Assembly (NCBI GenBank): GCA_951406725.2
Contig: OX597814.1
Span: 84,134,001 to 84,198,000 of the forward strand
Origin: Octopus vulgaris
Lineage: Eukaryota
Direction of reading: 5' to 3'
Length of the DNA: 64,000 bases
Shown here: in pieces, positions 25,716-41,520 of the stretch
Position numbering within the stretch: position 1 is the stretch's first letter
How the letters are laid out: each line of letters opens with the position of its first letter
Notes under the pieces: model-generated
Told to the model about the DNA's origin: nothing
Seen by the model: only the letters and a program-made list of their open reading frames with translations
Database searches by the model: none
Program-made: the position numbers and the translations under genes

Positions 25716-28700
25716 ACATATGTATATGTATATATACATATATACACATACATATATATGTATATGTATGTATATATTTATGCGTATATATATATATATA
25801 TATCCACATATATCCACATACATGTATACGTACATATATATATATATGCATGTTTGTATGTATATATATATATATATATATATATGCATACACACACATA
25901 CATATATGCGTGTTATAGAGACAGAGAGTGAGAGAAAGAGTCGTCAAAATCATTATACCTTGCATGCATTTGCACATATAAATATGGATAAATTGCATAT
26001 ACATACTTATAAGCACACAGTTGCTAATACGTGCAAACACTTATGCATACTTTCTTACTTATAGATGCATATATGAACATTCTTAAAAAAACTGACACGA
26101 ATATCAGTGTGAGTTTCAAGCGAAGAAATAAAAACGATAGGCATTCTAAGTGTTTCACATGTGTTCGTTTGTGTGTGCGTGCGTGTATATTCGTATGTGC
26201 GTGTGTGTATGTGCGTGTTGTATGTGTGTGTGCGCGCATGTGTGTGCACGTATGTATGTTTTTATGTATATGCATTTACGACTGTGTGTCGATATATGTA
26301 TGTACGTATGTGCTTGTATAACTTTCTATCTCACTGAACGAGACAGATCACACAACTTGCCTAAGGTCCCCAGCCTCTTTGAGAATTTATATTTTAAATT
26401 TCGGAATAAATATTTGGCTAACATTCATGAAAAGCAAAATGGAAGTCATCCAAATATCTTTGTATCACGTGACATTTCTGCGTCTCTCAAATGGCTGCCT
26501 CAGGCGAACAACTTTTCGTTGTAACTTTGATCAAATTACAATCTCTAGCTTGCAAATGACATTGGGAATTTATGAGTAGATCACTAAGAGGATAGTGTCA
26601 GAGAGTTCACCTATCGAAAACGGTTCCAATCCCATATTTAGTTATTTCGAATTTTGCTTCAGTCATATTTCTTAATTTCATAGGTTAAAAAAAGGATTAT
26701 GAAAGAAAATAACTTTTTATTTTCATTTTCCCTAAAGTGGGAGCCAAACACCCCTTGACGGATACCATTTATTACGATAAAAATGTATATTTGTTTTTAT
26801 AAGACAAGGTTATGTAGCTAAGAAGTTTACTTTGTAATAACGTTCTTTTTGGTTTAATCCCTTGGTGTAGCATCTTGAAAAATGCTCTATTAATCTTTGT
26901 GATGAAATTCATTACACAGAAACAGTGTGGAAAGCCATCAGATGGACTGGTACCTAAATGGAGGTGATATAGCTTATTTTGTCGTCAGGTTTAACACTGT
27001 TGCCTTTAATGGTGTTCATTCTGCTGCAGAAATTTAAACAAGTTTCGGATCTTTTGAAAGAGTTATGGGTGCTGCACTTTCTCTTCGTACTAAACCCTAA
27101 AAAAATGTACATCCCTTTTTATGTGAGCACTCGTAGGAGTTCTTTACATAAATGAAGGAATTTAGAGATTCTAAAACGGCTCGACTATAAAATCGAGATC
27201 TTTTAAGATAGAAGGAGAGACTAATGACTGGCGATCGGAGAGATTAATGAGAGTTATCAGATTATTCTGAGTTCAATTTCAACATTAAGGAAAATGAAAA
27301 ATAAATTTCCACAATCACTGGATGAGAACTTGTTGGATCCTATCACTATCGAAGAACATAACATTTCCAGAACTGCCGATATTATATAGTGAGTGAAATA
27401 TACAGAGATAAAACCTACTGAGTGTTTTATTGCAGTTTATTTTAAGATTATCAGCTAAAACTGGAAATTCTGTTTATTTTTTTTATATATATATTCAATA
27501 CACATCTTCACAATTATCAATCAATTATAATAGAGATTCTATTTAGATTCAATACTGATTCCATACCAATTGTGACACATACATTTACTAAAATCTGCCA
27601 ATTATGATAGCGATTCTACTTAGACTCTATATAGACTCTATACCAGTTCTGGCACATACCCTCACTACCGTTTAACAATCCTGACAGTCTCTGTTCTGCT
27701 AGTTCTCACATACAATTTCATTTTGTTTTCATTTCCCGATACTGATGAGATTCTATGTGAACGTTAGAAAAAGTATCAAAATCATCCTCAGGTCACACCC
27801 TAGCGACTTTTAAAAAACGAATATATTCAGTAATGTAGTCAGGGATTTGCGATGCAAGGAAAGAAAAGAGACGAAATGGTTACTGCTGGTACACTTTTGA
27901 TTATGGGTCTACTTGTTCAGAGCAAATCTGAGGTTAATCAAGGACAACGACAACAGCAACAACAACAGCAATCACAACTTCTCTATCAATTCTGACACCA
28001 CTTTCACTCTATTCTACTAATACCTATTTCACCTTTCTTTCATTTATCTTACCAACTCTGACAACTCAGTTTCCACTTCCGCTCCATTGGTACTCTTTCG
28101 CAGTACTTCTCTGAATTCACTAACAAAACCACTTTAAATTTCTCTCGCCAACTCATCGATCTCCAGTGTGAACACAAAACATGAATGAAGCACGTCTGTA
28201 GTAGCTTCATAAGTAAAATTAATCGACTTTTCGATAGTAGACACAACATTATGCTTAAAATTCGAAATGAAAAGGACGGATAACTAGTGTTTGGGGGTTG
28301 GGAGGTTGGCGCTCTCCGGTTGATCAAAAATTAACAATGACAATAGAACAATTGGGGTAAAAAAGACCAAAAAAGAAAACAAAGACTGAAAACAGAAAGG
28401 TTTTTATGACTAACTCTGGCTTCTGAATAGTTGTTGCTGTTGCTTGTAGTGGAAGCGGCGGCAACGGTGGTACTATTAGTGCTTCTATTATTTTGTTGTT
28501 TTTTTTTAGTTATTACATATATTTTTTTATTGTACCCGACTTTCCTGTTTCATTAACTTGCATAAGCATTAATTAAATATTTCACTGTAACTAATCAAGA
28601 AATATACAATTGTACTTTCCAGCAACGGAGTCGTTATGTTAGAGCATGCTCAATCCCACGGCAGTTACTCTTGTTGCTGTAACGAATAGCGCTGCTGCTG

Positions 28701-29934
28701 CTGCTGCTGCTGTTGTTGTTGTTGTTCCTGCTGCTTTACTTTAGTTTTTTTAGTTTCTGCTTTTGTGTGTGATAATTTTTTTAAACACGACCTTTATTTA
28801 GGTAAAAGATGAATAATATACCCAACGCCACATGGCGTTCAAATAACCGGATACAATGTCCCAATAACTAACATATCGATAGCTACCACTGAAACACTGT
28901 AAAGGACACACGATGTACACAGAAACAGTCTCATTTTTCTGTATTTATTCCTTTATTAATATATCGATTTGTGGGCCCAACACGAATTCCATACAAAACG
29001 ACAACAAAAAAGCGGCTCTCAATGGCCATATTGCAGCGTATATGTGTGTGTAAATATATAAGTTATGTGTGTACGTGTGTGTGTATATACATACATACAT
29101 ACATAATTATATATAAATATATATATATGCACTCATCACATATATGTGAGCATATGTGCTTGTTCATATAGATGTGTGCTCATGTTCACTTACACGATTA
29201 CACACTATACTGTAACTGTGATGAACACGAACATATATGCACTTACAGACATGTGCGTGTGTGTACATGTGTGCGTCTGTATGTGTGTCTGTATTTGTGT
29301 GTGTATGTGTGTCTGTCTGTGTGTATCGATTGACTGATTTTGTTTTGTAAGCATATTTTATGCTTGCATTGTTTCATATTTTGATATGAGACTCTATTGT
29401 ATATGTAACGGTCATGCACGCGCGTACACACGTTTGCACATGCCCGCACACACCTACTTCACACATTGTCTACTTCACATCTATGTCTACATAACGTACC
29501 AATTACACACATAATTGTATACAATGACATCATTTCACAATATGCGACAACCTCTACAAGCTATCAGCATATTGTATGATAGTATTAACCTTATTTAATC
29601 TTAAGTTGAGCAGCAGGCCTTTCCTCAAAAGTGTCCCAATGCAATTTTTTTCCTTCGTAGATAGTGTATCTATGTCTATATTATCAAATATGTTTCGTAT
29701 TTAAAACTTTCTTATAGGCGAGCAATCACGTAGAGTTTCCTTCATTGCCTCCAATGTAATTGTTTTATGGTGACATTGATGTATTTTTATGCCACTCTTA
29801 GTATGTTATAGAATTATATAACATCATTGGTGTGTTGTGTGGCCGTGCTGGTGTGATGTATAGCATTGCTGGCGTCTTTACGCTTGTGTTGGCATGTTGT
29901 ATGATAATATTAGTAATAGTATGGAAGAATAGTT

Positions 29935-30060
29935 ACCGAGCCTGGCGAAATGCTTAGCGATATTTCCATCTGTCTTCCCGTTCTGAGTTCAGATTCCGCC
30001 GAGGTCGACTTTGCCTTTCATCCTTTTGGGGGCCAATGAAATAAGTATTGGCACTAAAAA
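29935..30060 (+). mobile_element. Partial SINE family B directly upstream of a Dong-derived element
   Basis: ggcgaaatgcttagcg..ttctgagttcagattccgccgaggtcgactttgcctttcatcc. Confidence 0.8.
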
Positions 30061-30712
30061 CAGTGTATATGAGGGCAGGTGTGAACTCTCGGAGCCTTGG
30101 CTAGCAACCCACCTAGTGATGGTGTCACTATGACAATACTGGTGATTGCACAACCTTACAAATGGTACCCCTAAATGAGCGATGTCAAAATTGAATAATA
30201 ACCACAACTCCGCTAACGGGACTGGAAATGTTAACAGTGAAAGTGACGGGCACGGCAGGCAGGGAGTCTCTGATCAAACTCCAGCAGGTCCTCATCAGGA
30301 CCAAAATCGCAGTCCAAAGTACAAACGAAAATGAATGACATGGGAAAAAGATGTACGCAAAATAGTAATAGAATGTTGGCGAGGAAGTGAGGCAAATAAA
30401 AGAGGTTTCATGAATCGAATGAAGAGAATATGGATGAAAAAGGGGGTTTTGAAGCATCTGCCAAGTGACTGATAAATCAATCAAAAGCAATCCGTAGGAA
30501 CGACTAGAGATTAACAAATGGCTGAAGGAGATTGAAGTAGAATGCCCAGTAGAATTCTTACAAAAAGTTTGTCTCTTTGGATAGCAAGGATTATCAGGAG
30601 GGTTCTAAGCACTTGAAAGGCTGCTGAAAACTTGTGGATACCTAAGGTTACAGGTAGTAACCTGCTATCCACATAATTCCTACCAGGAATAAGACCGAAC
30701 CTGAGCCAAACC
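30061..30712 (+). mobile_element. Internally deleted R4/Dong-like element (5' region + Myb-like N-terminus fused to extreme C-terminus + 3' UTR)
   Basis: From 30335: MTWEKDVRKIVIECWRGSEANKRGFMNRMKRIWMKKG..LINQSKAIRRN, then INKWLKEIEVECPVEFLQKVCLFG/ARIIRRVLST* (stop 30614-30616), followed by (TAA)n. Confidence 0.7.
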
Positions 30713-30781
<69 letters not shown>

Positions 30782-30782
30782 T

Positions 30783-31707
30783 AGCATGGTATGTAAAAAT
30801 GCCACAGAACTGCTATTATTAGAAGTAAGAAGGTCAAGCTTGTGTAGGATGAAAGATTGCAAAGATAAAGCACTATACAAGAAATTGTCAATTCCATAGG
30901 GATGTTGCAGATAAGACAGACAGAGAAAAAAGATGGCTGTGGATGACTAAAAGTGATTTAAAACTGGAAACAGAGGCTCTAATCTGTGCTGCCCAAGAGC
31001 AAGCACTAAGAACAAACTACATAAAATACAGAATAGATAACACACCAGAAAGTGATAAGTGCAGAATCTGTGGACAAAACGGTGAAACCGTATGGCAAAT
31101 TACCAGCCAATGTACGCCACTAGCCCAGAAGGAATATAAGAGACGCCACAACAATATAGCCAGGCTCGTCCATTGGACACTTTGCAACAAGTATGAACTT
31201 GACAGAGCAAAACATTGGTACGACCACAAACCTGAAGGCATCATTGAAAATAGAAATGCAAAGATCCTATGGGATTTTATGATTCAGTGCGACCATGAGA
31301 TAGAGAATAGGAAACCAGACATAGTCTTAATTGAGAAAGAAAATAAACTATACTGGATCATAGATATAGCATGCCCAGCTGACAACAAGGTATGCGATAA
31401 GGAAAAAAGAAAGGTCGAGAGATGTGACAGGTTAGCTTGGGAGGTTAAACAGTTGCGGTCGATGAAAAAGGTATCAGTAGTACCAATAATTGTCGGAGCC
31501 CTGGGAAAAGTTAGCAAAAATCTCGCAAAGTACGTGGAACAAATAGGGGCTGCAATAAGGGTGGAGCACCTGCAGAAAACAGGACTGCTTGGAACTGCTC
31601 GAATACTCTCGAATGTGCTCGGAAGATAAGAGGTGTTACCTTAGTTCACTGGTAGTGAACAGCTGACACTGTAATACATCTCCAGCTTTAGAAGCTGTGC
31701 AAAGACA
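30783..31707 (+). mobile_element. 5'-truncated R4/Dong-clade retrotransposon; intact 228-aa C-terminal ORF at 30943-31629 (CCHC + RLE)
   Basis: ETEALICAAQEQALRT, KCRICGQNGETVWQITSQC, YKRRHN, ILWDF, NRKPDIV, IIDIACP, VVPIIVGALG, LQKTGLLGTARIL. Lies between (TAA)n and (GAA)n. Confidence 0.95.
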
Positions 31708-31805
31708 AGAAGAAGAAGAAGAAGAAGAAGAAGAAGAAGAAGAAGAAGAAGAAGAAGAAGAAGAAGAAGAAGAAGAAGAAGAAGAAGAAGAAGAAGAAGA
31801 AGAAG

Positions 31806-32604
<799 letters not shown>

Positions 32605-32653
32605 CAGCAACAACAACAACAACAACAAAAACAACAACAACAACAACAACAAC

Positions 32654-32719
<66 letters not shown>

Positions 32720-33781
32720 CTGGTTGTAACGGAAGTAAACATGATTTGTCTTCTTAAAAGAAACTCTTGGTTATACTGTGTGCAATATTCTAAATGTTGA
32801 ATATCATATTTTCTCCACACTGAAAGTCGGTCTAGCTCAGTTAAGCTTTTCATTCAAATATAGCTTCTGGGCAGATTTTAGATCGGATCTCTCAGTACTA
32901 CATTTAAATAGAAACAGTCTTAATGATATGCACTTAGCATTCTTGATAGGCAACAGAACAATTAACCTTCTTAATTACAAGCCGTTTAATTAGTATCATC
33001 AGCTACCGAATTAGAAGTGGGGTGTAAAAAACGAGCATTAGCCTTCGCTCTCCTATGTCTGAAGTCGTTACCGGACCAAACTGATTAAGCGCTTTTAGAA
33101 AACGAAATAAACTACGAAGCAACTTAAAGGAACTGAGGGGATTTTCATCAAACTCAAGATCCAGCTTGTAACTATTTCCTGGAAATATCTCACTGAAATT
33201 TTAGTTTCTATTTAGATTGTTAGTGACCCTGTTAGGAAGCAGCTGACATAAATGTTCTGCAGCTTTAACGACATTCTCAGAGTGAGAAATCTCATGGCGC
33301 CCGATATACTTTGAAGCATGGATTTCTTTTTCCTTTTTAGTTTTTTTATTTTCGTGTTTTTTTTAGTTTATTTTATTTATAATCCTAATCACACAGTGGT
33401 TCGATATGGATTTTCTCCATACATCTCAAATTATCTCAAATTTAAGAGGATAAGATAGCAGCCATAAATAATGTTAGAAAAAAAAATCTCATCTCACAGG
33501 TATTCAACTCACATAGTTTATCGTCTCCCCTGTATCTCCCCTTACTCCAACTAGCACTGAGTGAATAATAATATAAGACAATATATCTATAAAGTCAAAT
33601 ACTCTACTTGTACTGTTTCTATATCCTCACATACCCATACTCTTCAGTTAAAATTATCTGAAGCATACAAAGTTCGTTTCATAAAATGCATGCATAAGGT
33701 GTAAATACACATATGTATGTTCACACACATCAATATGTATGTGTATGAGAGACAGACAGACAGACAGACAGCGTTTAATTT

Positions 33782-33990
33782 AGGGGAGGTGCGTGGCCTA
33801 CTAGCTGGGATGTTGTGCTAACGATTATATGCTTATGGGTTCGATTTCTGGACAGAACGATGCTTTGACTCCATGAGAAAGTCATTTCCTTCCTCGTTCA
33901 TCCAATATGCTCAGCTGAAGACTAGTACCAGCCGAGTGCTAGTGCAACCCTCTCTATGTCACATCTTTGGTGTTCTATTGAGTCAAAGGC
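33782..33990 (+). mobile_element. Old tRNA-headed SINE remnant
   Basis: ggaggtgcgtggccta (box A-like) and gggttcgatttc (box B-like); heavily diverged. Confidence 0.5.
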
Positions 33991-35048
33991 AGGAAATGTT
34001 TAGCAGCGTGTATAATTCTATCAAATTATAAACGCTTGCCAGAGACGGCTTTTGTTGTAAATCAGATAAATTAATATATATTTGTAAATAATACAGTTTG
34101 AAAGGATATTTGTTGTTACTAGGAAAAGAGTGTAGCCGACCGAACCGACTCCAGCATATTACTGGTGCTTATTCTTGGAGATTTTGAGCTCCAAACGCAG
34201 AAGGATGAAAATAATGGACTGTCTACTGATTCTATAACTCTAGTCACAACTATCAATGAATTGAGTCAACGGATCACCGAATCAACCGGTGGTCGCTCGA
34301 CACACTGCTTGAATAAAAGAAAAGATGTCTTAGCGATAGATCTATTGAATCAAATTGACCTGGGCTAAACAACAACTCTTTGAATTAATATATGATTAAC
34401 TGATGGGTAAACAGCTTCCGGCTTGCATTAGCAGATAGAAGCAATCTTACCAATCACAAAATCAATGTTTATTGGAAAAGACAGTCACAGATGATAAATG
34501 ATTTCCATTTATTGCGTTTACAATCTAAGACACATTTTTAACAGAAAATAAGCGTTTGAAAATCGATATAATTATAACATTGATTAATTTACTGATCACT
34601 GACAAGGGTTTAAGCAAATACAATATAAAATATAATATTGATTCTGTTTCAGTTAACTACTAAGACAGAGCATCAAATCTGAGAAAAATCGGTAGTCATC
34701 CGGTTGAGACTGACGTCCTATCCTGGAAAATGATTAATATCTGATCTACTTTACGCTACCGGATCCCGAACCTGAGTGTATAATGTATCCTTTGAATCAG
34801 AAATATTTATAGCGGGCACGCGCACACACACCCACACACAAACACAAAACACACAAACACATACACAGTCCTACACAAACACACACTCAACTACAAACAT
34901 GCATGCAAGCACAAAGAGGAAACCAATAACATGTTTTCAAAACCCCAAAATATCAAATGGAAAAAGAATATTCTAAATCCCTAGTACTTTACATAGCTAT
35001 AAGGAATATGTGCATAAACATGGACACTCGCATACATACATACATACA

Positions 35049-35082
<34 letters not shown>

Positions 35083-36304
35083 CATACATACATACATATA
35101 TGCATACATACGCGGACACACACATATATATAATGTTCGCGTGCGTTTGCATATATATATATATATTGAATATGCACCCGAAGTCTAGTTTAATCTTTTT
35201 TATTAAGTTTTCTTTATATATTTTCCTATGAATTCATCTAGTCTATACTCGGTGTGCATTTGATTCATATAATAGCATTATGTATGGTTTGTGCATTTTT
35301 AATGGGTGTAGTATGTGCTGTATTTGTTTTGGTGTATTTTTTTGCATTGTTCTATTGCTTGGTCTATTAGTTTGTTTGGATTTCTATTGTTGGCTTTTAT
35401 CAACAAACAGGTATTCAAACTAACTAATAGACCACGAATTCCCTACAAAAAGAAACGATTAATGATCAATACTCATAATAGAGCACAACTACAATAAACA
35501 CACAGACACCATACACAAGTCAGAAACAAACAATAAACACCTGACTTATTCCGGAGGTAAAATCTACACCAATCGCATTGGTTCTGCCTACTATAAAAAG
35601 AGGGCGTAAACACACGCCAACATCATTTCATCTTGAGACTGAGACTATGAAGACCTACAAAGTTTATAATGGATTTAGGAACTTTACTGTTCCTAATAAG
35701 CTGTAAGGAATTCATATGGTAACATGAAAAGTAAAAACAGGACACGGGAGTGTATTCAATACATGTCTAGGAGAAAAACTGTTCCTTATGTATGCAGGAT
35801 AACATAAATTACAAACATAAGGCGTGTCTCATAGTAAATAAAAGCCGAGCAAAAGATAGAGCTAATGTAAGTGTTCCTAACAAGTACTTAAGTATTGATC
35901 CGTTTAATCAGACTAGAATATAATTTTCCGGTGTTTTAGGAAATATTTATCGAAGTGGTTACATTTAGTGACAATCTCTCATCTATGGGTATACTTTAAT
36001 TGTTTAGTTTGAGATTAATTTCAGTCTTTCAAATTCCAGACGCTTAATTGGATAATTTTGTTGCATTCCATTTTTTATTGTTATTATTATTTTCTGAAGA
36101 AAGAAGCATGGTTGTTTAAATTCACCTTCCACCACACCTTGATTTTAGATATGATGTTTGGTTTGATAGAGGGAAATAGAGAGACGATGATTACTCCTAG
36201 TAAACAGTTAAATATTGATCCATTCAATACTATATCGATATTATAATCACCGTCTCTCGGGTGATAGACTAATTTCTATGGTATCAAATATATGCATTAA
36301 CAAC

Positions 36305-36485
36305 AGCAGCCGTTCAAGAATTTGGACCTGGAGATCTCCATTTCCAGCGACTTCGAGGGCCACCTCCCAGTGGTGTCGGACGTCAACGAAGAGCCCTCGA
36401 CTACAACAAGACGACCAAAGTTTTTTTCCCAATGTCTGGGGTCTCCCGCCCCAAAGCCCTAGACCATCACCTAATCACCCTTACC
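36305..36485 (+). mobile_element. Probable degenerate APE endonuclease fragment of a LINE
   Basis: GC-rich island reading LEISISSDFEGH (cf. I.GDFN.H) and, with frameshifts, FFPNVWGLP/PKALDHHLIT (cf. PT....LDL.LT). Confidence 0.4.
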
Positions 36486-37568
36486 CGTCTTGTTGCTTAG
36501 CAACAACAACAACAGCAACGGCCAGAGCCTAGTGTTGGCTCCGCTTTCACCATCCTTTAATATTTTCCTTATTCTCACCATTTATTTCTTGTTGTTGCTG
36601 TTGCTATTATTGTCATCTCGTTTTGCTGTTATCTCGTTATTACGATTCTTTTAGTAGTTGTAGTTCTTGTCACTGCTACTCTTCTCTGTATCATAACAAC
36701 ACCTGTTGCTGTCGCAGTTGTTGGCTATGTCAATGTTTTTTGTCTTATGTTTTGTTTTGTTTTATTTTTTTGCGCAACTTTGATCAAATCTTCCAATCGT
36801 GGCCATCTCATTATTTTAGAGTCTAAATCTACATTATTCATTGTGCAATTTGTGCTTTACTTAAGGGTTGGGTGGTATGATTTGAGGGAAATTTGGCAAC
36901 TACTTCTGGCAGAACAAGTAGACACATAAAGGCACCCTTATTGGCTCGTTGGTCTTGAAGTTGTTCTTGATCTTTTCACTGCTGCTGCAGCTGCTACTAC
37001 TGCTACTGCTATCGTTACTATTATTGCTCACTCCCACCACTCCCCCAGACCACTATGACTGTAGTAACTAAAAAGATTAGGTCGATTTGGTGGTCTAACA
37101 ATTAGAACGACCAATGTATGACGTAGACACCTCGAGAAGCCGGAGGCCATATTTTTATTGTTTTTGTTTTTCTAGTTGATATTTTGTTGTTGTTTAATGT
37201 TTTTGTGCTGGGGATCTTTTTCTTTATTTTTAGCTTAGATTTCTTTATGTTTTTGTCTTAGATTTTTTCTTTTGGTTTGTTTGTTTGTTTTTACACAAAC
37301 TTGAAACATTGCAAACATCATAAACCTTAATTAAATAGCTTATGTACAGCATGAAAGGTAAAAAGCGACTATTAGCGAGTGAGAGCGAAAGAGAGAGACA
37401 GAGAGAAGGGGATTAGGTCATAAACGTGAAAGAGACAAGATTAAAAGAGAGAGGGGGAAATGGAAAGCGTGTAATAGAGAGAGTGAAAAGAAAGACTAAG
37501 TGAGGAAAAGAGAAGGATTAAAACATATTTCAAGTGAGTGCGTACGTATGTATATTGTGTGCGTATGC

Positions 37569-37614
<46 letters not shown>

Positions 37615-39719
37615 ATGCATATGAATGTATGAGCATTTAGTGCTCTGTATGTATAGTGTGTTCATTTACATATTTATACACTAATATAAGAGTGCTCAAT
37701 ACATGCTCAGAGTAGGAGATGTTTGGTAATATATGATCGAGTGTGGTAATGTAGCATCTAGTCCATACCTTGGTTTCTCACAATTTGTTTCGCATGAATA
37801 AAAGGACGCATAGAAAAGTATTGCTGTTGTTTAAATTCTGGAACAAAAACAAGGATTTTAACTGTGACCCGGCCATACATTCCCATTCCAACCCGTCATT
37901 TCAGAACTATCTAAAAGTATATTAAGTAATGCTACCTTTACTCAGCTGAGATGGGAATGTGTTGTTTTTTATCCGACTGGATGTTGTTTCTAACAGGTCA
38001 AACGTTCACATAGAAATTCCCTTAATCCTGAAGCAGACGTGTCCCAATAATAGTTTCGGATTTTGGCAATTTGAGGGGAAAGGGAGCGAGTCGATTACAT
38101 CGGCGCTAGTATCCAACAATACTTATTTTATCGATCTCGAAAGGATGAAAAGCAAAGTCGAACTAAACGGAATTTGATGCAGTTGCTATGAGCATGATTG
38201 ATGTAATAAGTAAAATTTATAAACGAAAGAAAAAAACATTAGAAGTACGTTTACTGTCACTCAAGAATGTATCATTTCGCTTATCTGCATACCGGAAAAT
38301 ATCTATTTATATGTACGAAATTGCATTACGTTGACAAAAATTATTATATTACCCCACGGTAAACTATCAATATTCAAAAATTTACCTGTTATGCTAATGA
38401 GAAAACAAAAAAATTTAATTTAGTTTACAAAATTCGCTATTATGCTAACTGCATATTGTTATGTGTTTCACCTCATTACTGCGCGTTACAGCGTATCGCT
38501 ACGAGTTGCAGTGTATTGCTGCACCTTGCAGCATGGTGCTACGCGTTACTTCACTGTAATTACAACGGTTCTTGCTATAACATTTCCTTATATCTTCATA
38601 CTCTAAAATCTATATGGATGTATAATACTACCATCCAAGACCGGCTAATGCACTCGCCTTTCTTTTTCCCATCATCTCTTGTGCATCTTAGTACTTCTTC
38701 AAGTACTGCCACGCGTTTTCACTGGATAGATATACTATAATTATGAACATGTAATCAAACACAAAAATTATTCAAAAATGCATTTGCATAAAATTAACTT
38801 ATAATTAGACCATCACTATTTCTAAGGAATACTTAGTGGCCTTTCGAAGAGCTCGAATCAAACTCTTGCGGATCCACTAGCTACCGCCTGAAAAAATCCT
38901 AGCTAACTTTTGCGAAACCACAGATTTCCGAAAAACCGTGGCGGGGGAACATTGACTTAGGGAGTTGCGCATGCGTCGTAAAAGCGTATGCCTTCTATTG
39001 GATTATATCCAAATGTCTCATCACAAGATGGTTATCACATGGCAAGGTGAAATGTGTGTGTGTGTGTGTGTGTGTGTGTGAAGAAATGCGGGATCGATAT
39101 ATAAATAAATGAGGTGGAACACTTCATTAAGCCTCTAGAGATCTGAAGAAAAAAACTTTAGAATATTGGATCGCATCATTAACTGGCATTTAATGATAGA
39201 TCTATCAAAATTTACAACCGCAGACTTGATGTCATAAACAGACGTGTTGTTTAGTCTCAGATCAACACATATATTGATCCCTGCATTTGTTCACACACAC
39301 ACGAATGTTTCACCTAGTCAAATGAAAGCCAACTTGTGACATCTGTATATCATTGAATTATAATGATATACGCTTCTATATACACCACTCTATAAGCCAG
39401 CGTTTCCCAACCAAGGTTTTAAAGAATCCTATGATTCTGCAAAAGCAGATATAACATACTTATATTCAAAAGAATTCCACCCATCATTATCCCGTCATTT
39501 TACCAATGATTATGAACCTAGAACCACATTATCCAACGTATCCTTCTTGTCTGACAGGAGGGTATGATTTGAGGGAAATGCTTTTTGTAATTGCTATTTC
39601 TAGTAGGTCAAATGACCACGTTGAGACGATGAATGAAATTATTTTATGGTAGTAAATGAATGAAATTATTTTATGGTAGTAAATGTAATGAAAATATAAG
39701 CTCCGTAGGCCTTTTAAGT

Positions 39720-40170
39720 TCATTACTCTGTTAGGAAGGTAAAGCACGATATGACAAAACTTTTGAACGTCTGAACCCGGTAGTAAGACCGCATGCGACG
39801 TCTTTGTTTTCGTTGTTGAATTCGTCCTGCTGTATGGGTGGAGATAAACACTTCAATTGCAGTTCAGGGAAAATCAGTGGCTGGGTGTTACACAGGGGTG
39901 TTGCGTACGGCTCAGAAGAGCTTGTAGATTAAAAACATGAACATTATTGCCCTCTTCGCATGTCTACAGTTGTTGACCACATACATTCGAGAAAGGAGAT
40001 AAAAGTTCACCAGCCACAGTGTGCACCATCCTGATTTCATCACTCCAAGACTTAGCACTGAGAGTCAATATATGTTAATACTACGTGTAGTGCTCGGAGA
40101 ATAACATATGTATGTGCTGGAAAAACAATGATGAGCTACTCTCTGGCATATTGATCCGGGATGTGTGGCA
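39720..40170 (+). mobile_element. Degenerate RTE-clade LINE 3' region
   Basis: Across frameshifts VEFVLLYG (cf. VESVLLYG), GCYTGVLRTA (cf. GCYTRMLR.A) and IRERR*KFTSH (cf. IR.RRL.FAGH). Confidence 0.6.
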
Positions 40171-40752
40171 TACATTTCACATTCGGGAGTATGAGCGGCT
40201 CCAGCGACTTCGACTTCAATGAAAATGTTCATTTCTTAACTCTGATTTGTATGGCTTTTCCTCTTTTTTCATTGCTTTGTCACGAAGAAGGACAGATCCA
40301 TGACCATTCACTTAGGTTCTGAGATTGGGAAGAGTGAGAGAGGAAGGTATCTTCAAACCAGTGATCTGGTCAGAATGCTTGCAACAGAGTGAATTCAGTT
40401 AATTGTACGTAAGGACGAGGTGGTGGTGTCAAACCAAGCGATGGACTGTCTACACCTATTTGGCTGCGGTAGGATTTGAACGCGGAATGCAAAGAGTCAG
40501 AACAAAATACTGCGTGAAAGTTCATTTGATGCGTGATGATTCTGCCAGTCCACTATTATAGATTTCTGAGACATTTATGGACTCACATTCACCGGAAAAC
40601 ATATGAAAGTTAAAGTTGGCTTAAGCAGGATTTGAACTCAGAATGTAAAGAGCAGTAACTGAATACCACAAGTCATTTTATTCTTGTGTGTTTGTGTGTG
40701 TGTTCTTGTGTGTTTGTGTGTGTGTGTGTATTTCTTTCTCACTGCATGATTA

Positions 40753-40959
40753 CCGTATTTTCCAGCATACGAGTCGAATTTTCCAAACGAAAATTTACAA
40801 CCAAAAACAGGTAGGACAACTTATATACCTAGACGACATTGGCAGACCAAAAGTTCCTGTGAAATGCAGCATGATTTGAAAAGATAATGACGTTGTTTGA
40901 ATATTTATACGACATGTTTACACAATATAGTACATCCACTTGCATATGGAAAAATACGG
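40753..40959. mobile_element. Tc1/mariner-superfamily (Tc2/pogo-like) MITE
   Basis: TA|ccgtattttcc ... ggaaaaatacgg|TA; TA TSD at 40751-40752 and 40960-40961. Confidence 0.8.
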
Positions 40960-41520
40960 TATTTCAAGTGAACATGTTAATGACTTTTGCATTAAATATG
41001 TTAACTGAACAAACAAACACAAAGACTAGGATGTATTTCTCGATTATTAAGAAGTATATAAGCCAACGAGGGACACCAATGCAATCGCTCGAACTCCTAC
41101 AAAAGGCAACCAAATCGCTTTTAAATAATGCTGTTTCGGGAGATGACAATATTCATTTGAAATCTTTTATGAATGATTTTTCAGTCTTAGTCTAACACAA
41201 CACATCCATTCGTTCTCATGTACAAGAAAGAACAGTTCCATTGTGCTATGAAAATATATTCAGTACGTAAAAGACAAAGGGGTAATACAATAAAAATAGT
41301 GTCGTTGCAAAGGTAAAATCATGCAATGTTCAAGGTAGTAACTGTATTTTATGCACAATGGTCGCGATAGGAACCACAATTTATGCTCAGATATTGTCCG
41401 CTTGAATATAGGAGAAGAAACCGTTTCATCTTATGTATACACAGGCAATTTTTAGCTTCAATCTTTTTCCAAGCATATCCATCAGTCGGTGGTAGCCGAA
41501 TTACAAACCAGTTGAACGTA

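Noticed and set aside
36215-36532. GC-rich 105-aa ORF as a host exon
   Set aside because: No clear splice pair; better explained as a frameshifted LINE endonuclease remnant
39628-39686. Short tandem duplications (also ~18080-18145, ~21180-21250, ~55900-55935)
   Set aside because: Two-copy slippage events; not CRISPR-like or regularly spaced arrays
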